Of a DNA stretch of 64,000 nt, positions 11,246 through 22,529 are shown piece after piece. The DNA lies in assembly GCF_030684315.1 (NCBI RefSeq), contig NC_081391.1, positions 21,164,629-21,228,628 of the forward strand. Direction: 5' to 3'. The stretch comes from Stegostoma tigrinum (taxonomy: Eukaryota). The translations under genes were made by a program, and so were the position numbers. Position 1 is the first letter of the stretch, and every line of letters starts with the position of its first letter. The notes beneath the pieces are model-generated. The model was not told the DNA's origin. It was given only the letters and a program-made list of their open reading frames with translations, and did not search any database.

Positions 11246-13765
11246 ATGGCTTCCCAAGTGTGTCAGAACTACCACAAGGACTGTGAGGATGTTGTTAACA
11301 AGCAGATCAACCTGGAGCTCTATTCCTCCTATGTTTACCTCTCCATGGTGAGCTTTGTGGAATTGAAGCCTGTGTGATAACAGTGTTGACCTGTTTGGGT
11401 TTTTATGCTGGGTTAATGACTTAGCTGTAGCATGTATTGTTTTCTGTGGCCCTTCCCCTGATGCAATCTCGTGCAAGTCCTAACACTGACTCTCTGTTCA
11501 GGTTTTGAACACTGTCTTAATATACAACTGGCTCCTGGGTGTGGATCCCCAGTTGTCCATCTCGGGACAGTGTAGCCCTTGGTGATTGTTTTCATTGAAC
11601 TCTGGAGGGTTGAGCTGGTTTTGCTGATAAATTTAACTTGGTTATATCCCTTTTCTTCAGAAAACCTGTCCTGGTAGGACACAAATGTCTCCTTTTGTTT
11701 GAACCTTGCCCCATTTGCCAGACTGGCTTATGTTCAAGATCTAAAGTTCCCTTAACTAAAGACAGCAACTGCTGGAAATCAAACAGCAACAAGAATAGCT
11801 AGAAAAGTTCTACAGATCTGCAAGGAATGGCGGAAGAAATCCGGTCAAATTTTGGGTCCACTGACCCTTGCTCAGTGTGTTTTGTGAGCTATGACAAGTG
11901 GCACACACTTGAAATATTAACTCGTGTACAACAAAGCAGTTAGAATTCTGTGTGGAGTGGGTGGTAGGACACTAGGGTTATTCAGGTGGGTGATGGTGAT
12001 AATGAGGCTGCTGACTGAGATTTCTGGCTGTGTTAATGACTGACTGCATTATTCATAGCATTTCATTCAGTTGGACAGGGGTCTAACTAGTCTCCACCTC
12101 GCGAACAATAATGTTTTATCACCTGCAGAACAGGGATATCTAATGGCTATAGACAGCTGTCCCCTTCATTGTGCACCATGCCACACTCTATCGCACCATT
12201 TTAGCAAAACACAGGTGAGGGATTGCATTTGGTTTTTGTCCTCTATTTCCAGAAGTCTGGCTAAGTATCTGTTACATGGGTTATAATCCATGGAAGGTGA
12301 CTTCCTGGCTCTCTCTAGTTTTGCCCACTTAAATGTGGAGTCAAGATGGTAACTGGGTTAGTATCTGAGAAGAGGCATTGATGTATTTTAGACATTTCCC
12401 TTTATTGCCTCTTTCCCCCGACAGGTCTCTTACTTTGACCGGGATGATGTTGCCCTGCGTCACTTGGCTGAGTTCTTAAAGGAGCAGTCCCATGAGGAGC
12501 GGGAACACGCTGAGAAACTGATGGCTTTCCAGAATAAACGTGGAGGCCGAATCCTCCTGCAGGACATCAAGGTTGCATTCCAAAGCTTTCTTTTGCCGCT
12601 TTTTGTGAAATACCACTCAATTGTGGCTAGCTCAATCTGTTTAGCTTCAGGACTGAGCAAATACTGTATGAATGGGGGGGGGGGGTTGCTCACCACAATA
12701 CGATTCCCTTCACTAAAAGGAAACACTTTTGCACGTGATTGAACAATAGTTGGCAATTGTGATAATCCAGTATTCTGGATGGTGAGCAAATATCGGTGTC
12801 TACTGCTGCTTTGGACAAGATGAGGTGTCAAAAGGGAAAACAGAAATCTTTCAGGTGTGGAAAGCATCAGTATGAAGCCTTAATACATCTAGAAGATGTT
12901 TCTGATGCCTTGTGATTACTCTGATCACAGCATAGCAGGATCTGTTTAGAAATGTCCCCTTCAAGAACAGTACCAAATACAGCAGGTGTTTCACCAAGGT
13001 CAAGTCGGCCTGTAGTACTTCCCCTACAATGATGAGGGATAATTAACTGATCAGATGTAGACTAATGATACAACTGCCTGCTGAAATCAGAATATCCTGC
13101 TTTACTCTGACAAAATTGATCATAGTTTTGATCACGTCAATAAGGTCACCTACAAGGAGATTTCCCCCATTTTCCTTAATCTTTCCGTGTATCTAAAATT
13201 CCCCATTCCTGGGGTCATCGTAATAAATCACCTTTGAACACTTTTGAGGTTTTTCACATCCTTCCTTGAATGTCATGCCCAGAACTGAGTACATAATGGA
13301 AATGTGGTCTAACCAATGATTTGTAGAGGTGTAACATCAATTCGTTGCTTTTATACTCGATGCCTCAATTTGAAATTGAATTTGTATTTAAATCTGGGTT
13401 TCTGAATAAAAACAGTGATCAGACACTTGGTCCTTTTTGTTAGCCACAAGATCTCATTTGACATTGTGGAGGGTTTTCTTGGGTTATACCAACATCCTCC
13501 TGTTTCTAAAACTGAGCACTTTCGAAAGTATTTGGCAATCTCCATGACATCACTTCACTGTTCGGTCTCCCAAGCTGCATTTGGTCAGATTTAACCAGTT
13601 CCCCTCTTTGTCTTCCAGCTGTATGACTTCCTGGAGAGGCACTACCTGGATGAGCAAGTGAAGATGATCAAGAAGCTGGGAGATCACATCACCAACCTGA
13701 AGAGACTGGGAGCCCCTGACAATGGCATGGGAGAGTACCTGTTTGACAGGCTCTCACTCAGCTGA
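11246..13765 (+). pseudogene. Ferritin gene, B/D chimera lacking exon 3 (copy 2)
   Basis: Exon 1 11246-11347, exon 2 12425-12571 and exon 4 13619-13765 are open. Exon 3 and its splice sites are absent and replaced by the inverted insertion at 13078-13375. Confidence 0.88.
13078..13375 (-). repeat. 298-bp inverted copy of 16104-16401 (old CR1 fossil segment) inserted in ferritin copy 2
   Basis: ctgctgaaatcagaatatcctgc...tgcctcaatttgaaa is the reverse complement of tttcaaattgaggca...gcaggatattctgatttcagcag; one mismatch seen. Confidence 0.95.
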
Positions 13766-15959
13766 ATGGGGTCAATATCTATATCTGTTGTACATGGTGA
13801 CCTCATTCTACTAAATGACTAGTTGTGCTCTGAGCAAATTAAAATAGTGTTCACCATGGAACTGAGCACAGTATGTAATTTTCATAGCTTCTGGTTCTTG
13901 GAGCTTTTTGTGTTTTAATGTCTGATCATCAATCCTTTGTTCTTTGTGTCAAGCTTTTGATTCAATGCCTGCCCCAGTACCTTGATCAGTGTTTGATTCT
14001 GCTGTGTCTGGGGATTGAGTGGGCAATCCTTTTATTGGAAATTCCATAACTGGTAAGGTTGTTGACAGATAAATCAGCATTACTGACATGTACTCACAGG
14101 GACAAGTTTGCAGGACCAGCTTCTAATCAATACACTGACTGAAATCATTCCTTTGCCTAAAGGGTAGGCACTGATCTAATGCACTGCCCTTGGCCATGTG
14201 TTTGCATCTCTTTTAAATAAGGAGATTCTGGAAACCAGGAACACAACCTGCTGGGAAATCTCAGGTTGGGCAGCATTGGTAGGGAGAAGGGTTGAACAGA
14301 ACCTGGACATGAGACACTCAATCATCTCTTGATTGACTTTGTTGCCTGACAGTGAGGTGTTTTCCAGCAATTTGTTCTCATGCCTAGATGTTAGTGATTT
14401 TAGTAGTTTGTAAAATTCCTCCTTACAAGACTAAGATACAATGCTTTTCCACAGTCTCTTTTTTTCTTTGACATAAGCAATTGCTCATGTCATTGTTCCC
14501 AGAGCTAGGGAATTAGTTTCTTCAGTATTTCCTTTATACATGTAGGAGAAGGACAAATCTACCTTCTCTTAGAATGCTAACGTCTAGGAACGGCCATGCG
14601 AATGAAGCGGTGCCCACCTTGTTCCCTGTGTGATAACTTCTATTATTACCCTGCAACGAAGAGGTGACAAATACTGAGGATGCCTGGTGGAAAATCAAGC
14701 TAAAATACAAATACCATGTGCAGAATCGGCAGTTCCAATTTTTACGTTTTTTAATCTTCAGCAGGAGAGCTGATCTGGCTGACCTGTGACTCCAAACAGT
14801 GCACTGTGGTGGCCTAATCACTATCAATCAGCCCTGAATTACAATGTGACTGGTTTGTGTAAGGGCTTTAACAGGATCAGGCTATCACTGACAGGCAGCA
14901 TTTATTATCCATCTCTGATTACCCACCCAGCCCATGAGTAATTCAAATTAAACCCCTTTGCTCTGCCTGTGGCGTTACGCAAAGGCCCGATCAGGTAAGG
15001 ATGGCAGTTTCTTACGAACAAGGACATTAGTGAACCAGAAGAGGCTTGTTTGGACCATCTCTTCTGGAAAGAGAATGATGTGCATGAAATTCTGTCAAGT
15101 CAGACAGTATCAGGATTACAGGTGTCAGTCTAACACTCCAGAATGTTGACAGCCTCCAGCAAACGAGCAGCCACTTTCGTCTATCCTTCCACCACTGACA
15201 TACGCAGAGACTGTAATATATACCATCTACCAAATGCTGTAGGAATCCACCAAAGCTCCTCAGACAACTTCTTAAAATTCTGACTACTTTCCATCGGACA
15301 AGGGCAGATGATATGTGGGAACACCACGTTCTACACCAAACCACCGATCAGCTGGTGTTGGAAACATCGCTCCCAGGTTCCCTCCCGAACAGCAGTATGG
15401 GTTTGATTACACCAAATGGGCAACAGTAATGCAAGAAGGCAAGTCACCACATTCTCTAAACTAATGTTGGCCCTGATCTCTGAGGGGTTCAAATACCTCT
15501 GGATGAAGAGATTTTGGTGAAATGGTCAAGTTCCTGTTCAACCACAGCCGGAGTGCACAGTTCTGGCAGGTTCGACCCAAAGATGGTTATGCACAGAATT
15601 TCTGGAAGTAACCTGGACAGAGTGATGGTTAATTCATGATAACGGCTTGTCTAGTCCCTCTGTGTAGGAAGTTAAGGGATGGCTGTAATTGATAATTTTC
15701 AGAGGATTAATGGATTTGACAGGGTAGAGAGGAAAGAACCCATTTCTTCTCAATGATCATCTCGGACTGTGCGCAGAATGGGATGACAATCTTCACGTGA
15801 GAATTACATCATCCAGGATAATATCAAAAACAAATTTCTTTGTGGAAGGGACAATATCTGCACACACAGATATTTACTGCACAAGGTTTGATGTTGCCAA
15901 TCACTTTCCAATTTCAACAAAAAAAAGTGAGTAATGCATTTTTGTCGAAGAAACACAAA

Positions 15960-16680
15960 GTCAAAACAGGCTCGATGTTACAAATCTGATGTGAGTACAG
16001 GAGCTCAGCGACTTTCAGTTTCAAGTATGTGATTATCTGAAAGTGGTCAGGCAGGATGAAGCTGTTATTAATGGAGATTGAGCCACTTTTGTGAACCTTG
16101 TGTTTTCAAATTGAGGCATCGAGTATAAAAGCAACGAATTGATGTTACACCTCTACAAATCATTGGTTAGACCAAATTTCCATTATGTACTCAGTTCTGG
16201 GCATGACATTCAAGGAAGGATGTGAAAAACCTCAAAAGTGTTCAAAGGTGATTTATTACGATGACCCCAGGAATGGGGAATTTTAGATACACGGAAAGAT
16301 TAAGGAAAATGGGGGAAATCTCCTTGTAGGTGACCTTATTGACGTGATCAAAACTATGATCAATTTTGTCAGAGTAAAGCAGGATATTCTGATTTCAGCA
16401 GTTGACTTGTCAGTGACGAGGGGTCACAGTTTGTCAGTAGGGGAGATCAGAGTGAAATGGTTAGAAAACTCTTTGCTCAGAAAGTTGTTCGGATTTGGAA
16501 TGTGCTGCCTGGGAGAGTGACGGAGGTCGATTCCATGGTTGGTTTCAGAACAAGAGTTGGATATGTCCTTGGAAGTGACGAATTTAGAGAGTGACAGAGA
16601 TAGGGCTGGAAAGTGAGACTAATCAGGTAGCTCTTTCAGAAGCTATTACAGGAACGGTGGGCTGAACGGCCTCCTGTTGT
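15960..16680 (+). mobile_element. Old degenerate CR1-type LINE, uninterrupted 'empty-site' version (paralogs ~37615-38327, ~49527-50245)
   Basis: Homologous to 1960-2690. Shows gtgaaccttgtgttttc without the CR1-b insertion. Confidence 0.7.
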
Positions 16681-17994
16681 GAAAAACGCTCTGAATTTCC
16701 ACTCAGGAAATTCTGAGAGTTTGGGGACGGGGTTTGAATTCCACCTGTAGAAGGCACCTTTAATGTGGGAAAGCTGTTACACGCCAGCAGAGACATGGTC
16801 CTTTACACAAGGTAGACCCAGTTCCACTGGCAAAGAAATGTTGACTGGGGATCCCCCCACTGCTGACCAACACCCACTGTCACAGCCAACGATCGCACAC
16901 ACCTATCTTCCACCTGGATGGCCGCTGGGGACTGGTTTTGCATTGCACTTTATCAGGACCCTCCCCTCGATCGTACCATCCTGGGTGGCGCTGCCAGGAG
17001 GTGAAATCTTCTTCAGGTATCACTCTGAGAAACAACACAACACTTGAGGCTCTCCATCACTGCGAGGTGACAATCCACAGGCAGGAGCTGGAGGCAGGGA
17101 GATTCTGCTCAGGTACAGACCCACCACAGAATCGGAGAATTGTTATGGCACAGCAGGAGGCCATTCGGTCCTTTGTGCCTGTACCTGTTCTGGTTGTTTT
17201 CTAAATCTGCCTGTGGAGATGATTTAAGATCTCTGGATCTGGTAGGAACTTGTACCAAGGCCTCCTGGTCCACAGCTAGGGACATGACCCCTTAACCACA
17301 AGACCCTGGCTGCGCTAGTTGCACAAACGTGGAATCATAGAAAATAAATGTTGAGTCGGCCATTCATCCCTTCCAGCCTGCTCTGCCATTCCATGTGATT
17401 GTGGCTGATTCCATAACTCAGCACCATATTCTCACCCTCTCTGCATTCCCTTTTGATCCAGCCCTCAAAGCTCTCCCCAATTCCTGTTTTGGCTTCAATC
17501 CTTTTCTGTGGCAGAGAATTCCACAGGATCCACCACCCCGCCCCCCGAGGTGAAGAGATTTCTCCTCACCTCAGTTCTAAATGTATCCTTAGACTGCAAA
17601 CCCTGGTCCTGAACTCCCCCATAATCAGGAACATCCTTCCCGTCTTTTCCACAGCTGACACTGTTGCAATTTTCTATGACCCAGAGACAATTTCCCAACT
17701 TTCTTTCCCAAATCCCAGCATAACAAGCTGAGAAACTGATGCCCCTCTTCCTCATTGAATCCCTCGTGCAGTTGCTCACAACCACCTTAATTAAAAAAAA
17801 TGTGAAAACTTTTCTCAAACCAAATTGACTTATTTTAAAAAAGAACCAAATAACACACGACCTGAGTGAGTGGTGCAGAAGGTTTGAGATGCCGAATGGC
17901 CTCCTGCTGTTCCAGTCACAGAATAACCATCCAGACCTGGCTCTCATCTCCACCTCTGATCAGCTCTGCTTAACACACCCTCCCCCTCTCTCTC

Positions 17995-18104
17995 ATTGGT
18001 GCCTGTATGCTGCGGTGGTTCCTGATTGGCCAGCAGCAACTGTCAGTCATCATCAGTTCTGCCTCTCTCTGTGTGACTGCAGGATGGTCCCAGGACTATA
18101 AATA
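17995..18104 (+). promoter_or_regulatory. Pol II core promoter of copy 3: two inverted CCAAT boxes plus TATA
   Basis: ATTGG at 17995 and 18025; TATAAATA at 18097-18104, ~70 nt upstream of the ATG. Confidence 0.75.
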
Positions 18105-18173
18105 CAAGAGCCTGTGGGAGAGAGAGACTTAGTTCTAGAGTTTTCTTGGTGCTTGTGAGCAGGAATAGTGAAG

Positions 18174-20447
18174 ATGGTTTCCCAAGTGTGTCAGAACTAC
18201 CACAAGGACTGTGAGGATGCTGTTAACAAGCAGATCAACCTGGAGCTCTATTCCTCCTATGTTTACCTCTCCATGGTGAGCTTTGTGGAATTGAAGCCTG
18301 TGCTATGATAGTGTTGACCTGTTTGGTTTTTATGCTGAGTTAATGAATTAGCTGTATCATGTATTATTTTCTGTGGCCCTTCCCCTGTTGCAATCTAGTG
18401 CAGGTCTTAACACTGACTCTCTGTTTTGTCTTCATGTCCAACTGGCTCCTGGATGTGGATGCCCAGCTTGCTGTCTCTGGACAATGTAACCCTTGGTGAT
18501 TTTTCATCTAACTCTGGAGGGATGATCTGGTCTTGGTCAATAATTAATTTTTGTAAAACTTTGGTTGTATTCCTTTTCTCAACAAAAGCCTTCCCTGGTG
18601 GAAACTTTTGCTGACACAAATATACTCCTTTTTTCAAACCTTGCCCTATTCACCGGACTGTCTTGTGCTCAAGATGTAAAGTTCCCTGAACTAAAAGAAC
18701 AGCTGCTGCTAGACATTAAACACTAACAAAAATAGCTAGAAAAGCTCTACAGAGCTGGAAGAAATCCAAGCTCTGGGTCCATTGACCCTTTCTCAGAAGT
18801 GGCTTTGAGCTATGCAATGTGAGGAAAGGGGCACATTTTCAGACTGTGTGTTTTTTTTCTTTCTCTCTAACAAAGCAGTTAAAATTCTGTGGAGTGGGTG
18901 GTAGGACACTGCGGTTATTCAGGTGGGTGATAGTGATAATGAGACTGCTGACTGAGCTTTCTGGTTGTGTTAATGAACACATGTCCCTTCATTCAGTTGG
19001 ACAGGGGCTGAACTGGTCTCCACCTCCTGAACAATAGTGTTTCTAACCTGCAGAGCAGGGATGTCTAATGGCTATAGACAGCTCTCCCCTTCATCATCCA
19101 TGGAAGGTGACTTGCTGCTTTGTCTGTTTTATTTTTAACCACTTAAATGTGGAATCAAGATGGTGCCCAGGTTAGTTCCAGAGTGAGGAGTGTCAGTCAT
19201 GAATTTCAGACAGTTTCCTTTTAGCCTCTCTCTTCCCACAGTTCTCTTACTTTGACCGGGATGATGTTGCCCTGCATCACTTTGCTGAGTTCTTCAAGGA
19301 GCAGTCCCATGAGGAACGGGAACACGCTGAGAAACTGATGGCATTCCAGAATAAACGTGGAGGTCGAGTCATCCTGCAGGACATCAAGGTTAGATTCTGA
19401 AGCCTTCTGTTTGCAGCTTTTTGTGAGCAGCTACAATCGACTGGTATCTCCATCTATTTAGCTTTAGCCTTGAACAAATACTGTGTGAAGGGGAGGTTGT
19501 TCACCAAAATAGGATTCCTTTAGGTGAAAGGAAATACTCTGCACTTATGAGGGCAATTGAGAGGAACCAGAATAGTGAGTAGACATCAATGTGAATGACT
19601 CTCCTTCAGACAGAATGAGGTAACAAAAGCTAAGACAGGAAATTGTTGCAGTGTGGAAAGTAGCAGTGTCCAGCCTTTCTGAATCTGGAAGATGTTTCTA
19701 ACACCACAATAGTGAAGCCAGGAATTACTTCCATTGGTACCTATTCTCTACATGTGAATTCTGAGAATCTACATTAACAGTAGAATGTGTTTAGAAAATT
19801 TGTTATTCCCTCAGTACAAAATCTAGTTGTTGTCTTCAAATTCAAGTTGGTTTGCAGTACCTCCCCTACAATGATGAGGGATAACTAACTGATCAGATGT
19901 CGACTAATGATACAACTGCCTGCTGAACTGTGCTTTCTGTTCCTGCTTCCCTCCCTCCAGAAGCCAGAGCAGGATGAGTGGGGCAGTGGTCTGGAGGCAA
20001 TGCAGAGAGCTCTGCAGATGGAGAAGGATGTGAACCAGAGTCTGCTGGATCTGCACAAACTCGCCTCTGGCCACACTGACCCTCATGTGAGTTTGTAAAC
20101 TTTCTTCTTGGAAGAAAGTGGTGTGTTTGTGCACTCTCTGGGTAAAAATCCAATTACCTTCTCCCAGCCTCCTGCAGGCTGTTAAAACAAACTTACAAAT
20201 GCATCACCTCAGTGGACCTCCACCTGGTTGTGATGGTCACATCTGTCATGGGGGTCACTTTCAGACACTTTTGATCCTCTGGATTAATTTTCTCTTCCAG
20301 CTGTGTGACTTCCTGGAGAGGCAATACTTGGATGAGCAAGTGAAGATGATCAAGAAGCTGGGAGATCACATCACCAACCTGAAGAGATTGGGAGCCCCTG
20401 ACAATGGCATGGGAGAGTACCTGTTTGACAGGCTCACACTCAGCTGA
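18174..20447 (+). CDS. Ferritin heavy/middle-subunit-like protein, type C (copy 3), 173 aa, intact
   Basis: join(18174-18275,19242-19388,19961-20086,20301-20447). [34 protein letters not shown] / [49 protein letters not shown] / [10 protein letters not shown]...DPH / [15 protein letters not shown]...DRLTLS*. Canonical splice sites and the vertebrate ferritin 4-exon layout. Confidence 0.95.
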
Positions 20448-20515
20448 ATGGGGTCAATAATGTGTATGTTGTACATGGTGACATAATGCTAGTAACTTGG
20501 TTGTGCTCTGAGCAA

Positions 20516-20521
20516 ATTAAA
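20516..20521 (+). terminator. Polyadenylation signal ATTAAA of copy 3 (equivalents at 13838, 35469, 42284, 54081)
   Basis: ATTAAA ~70 nt after the stop codon, at the same position in every copy. Confidence 0.65.
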
Positions 20522-22529
20522 ATAGTGTTCACCATGCAACTGAGTACTTTGCATAATTTCACAGCTGCTTCTGGCTCTTGGTATTGCTGTTTGACACCTG
20601 ATCATGAAGTGTTTTTCTGTTCTGATTAACCTTTGATTCAATGCCTGCCCCACTGGTTTGCTCCTTTTTCTCTTGTTTGTAGGAATTAGGTGGGCAATCC
20701 TTGTAGTGGAAATTCCACAAGTGTTCAGTTTGGGTTTTTTGGCTAGTAAGCAGTGTTGTATTGACTTTTTTATTCCAAACCAGCTTCTGGTCAATATCTT
20801 CAGTGAAACCAGCCCCCTGTCTCAATGTTAGACACTGCCCTTGCAAATGTTTAGGTCTCTTTTGTAAATAAGCAGGGGCAGGAAATAGCAGGTTTGGGGA
20901 GCATCTGTGGAGAGAAAACTGTTCAGTCCCAGGACCCAAGCTTTCCAGCAATTTTGTTGTCGCACTTCAAATCTAATGATTTGAGCATACATTTACTCTT
21001 TTTGGAACAGGAATATATATATAGCAGAACATCCAGCATTTCAGATGCACTGATCTTTAGCATTTAGATAAGCAATTGTGTCCAGATCTGGGAAATTGGT
21101 TTCTCTCTTTTGCTGCGGTGGTGGAAGGAGTGAGGGCAGTGGCTGTTTGTAGGAGAATGGCAGAGTTTGTTTTCTTGTGTATCAGTCTCTCTGCTTCTAG
21201 ACAATGATCCTGATTAGGTAATGAAGCAGTCCCCACCTTCGAGCCCCTGTGGTAGAACTTCTATCACTTCTCTGCAGTCTAAGGACGCCAAATGCTCATG
21301 ACACCAGGAGAAAATAAAGCTCCAACCCAAATGCCACTGGTAGAAAGCAGCAGTTCCTATTCTTAGCAAGGAAATAAGCTCTCCTGATGTAGATTGACTG
21401 ACTGGAATGTACCTACACCTGCAGAGCACTCTGGCTGCCTAATTACTGATGCTCAGGGGTGACAGATTCCTTTATAAAAAGGATGAGGATGTCTCTGAGC
21501 TGACACCATTTATTTATCCATTTCCGATTGCCCCCTGCCAAAGCCAGGTCAGAGTGTCACGCTTTGCTGTGGTTGCAGTGTCATATGCAGGCCAGACTAA
21601 GTAAGGATGCATTTTTGACACTGAATTTAATGCTACTCATCAGTTTCTTAATTCTAGAACTCCAGAGAGTTGTTGCACAGAATTAGAAGATCAGTCCACC
21701 ACTCCAGAAATGTGATGGCCTCCCGCTCCCACCAGCCACGAGATTCATTCTTTGCACCACTGACACACACAGAGTACACTGTGTACTGCCTCCCAAAAGC
21801 TGCAGAAATCCACCATCGCTCCTGAGACAATACTTTCCATAGCCCTAATTATGTGCCATGGGAGAAAAGCATCTGATACAGGGGAACACCACCCCCTCTA
21901 ACTACTCCACCAAGCGACATGCCATCCTGAGTTGGAAACGTGACCCGCCATGCTCCAGGGTCGGTGGATCAGAATCCTGGAATTCCCTCACTCAGAACAT
22001 TATGGATCTGACGACAGCAAATAGGCACCAGCAATTCAAGAAGGAAAGCCACCACATTCTCTCATGGTGAGCCTGATCTCAGACCGGGTCCAATACCTCG
22101 GGATGGGCCTTCTTTTGTGAAATTGTCAAGTCCTAGTTCAACCCCATCTGGAGTGCACTGTTCCAGTAGGTGCAATCCAAAGATGCTTATGCACAGAATT
22201 TCTGGAATGAACCTGGGCAGAAAGTTAATTGGCTACGATGATAATAGTTTTCCCAAGTCTCTCGGTGTAGAAGTGGAAGGGATGTCTGTGCTTGAAATTT
22301 ACAAGTGGATTCATGGATTTGATAGGGTAGATAGAGAGATCCTGCTTCTTTTCAATTCCATTCCAGGACCGAGAGTGGGGAATATGATTACATTCCTAGT
22401 AGTAGAAGTAAATCATCCATGATAAAGCAAAAAACAGCTGCTTTTTGGAAAGGATAATATGTGAATGAGCAGTTAGATATTTATTCGGTAAGATATTGAT
22501 GTTGCCAATCACTTTCCCATTGCAACATA

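Larger units (their letters stand above)
1..21756 (+). repeat. Higher-order repeat unit 1 (21,756 bp; ferritin copies A-B-C)
   Basis: The sequence at position 1 (ccactgacacacacagag) recurs at 21757 and 55316. Paralogous ORFs recur at an offset of ~21,756 (102 vs 21858; 7946 vs 29705). Confidence 0.9.

Noticed and set aside
12674-12685. G12 homopolymer in intron 2 of copy 2
   Set aside because: Paralogs have 6-7 G; this is simple slippage or sequencing error.
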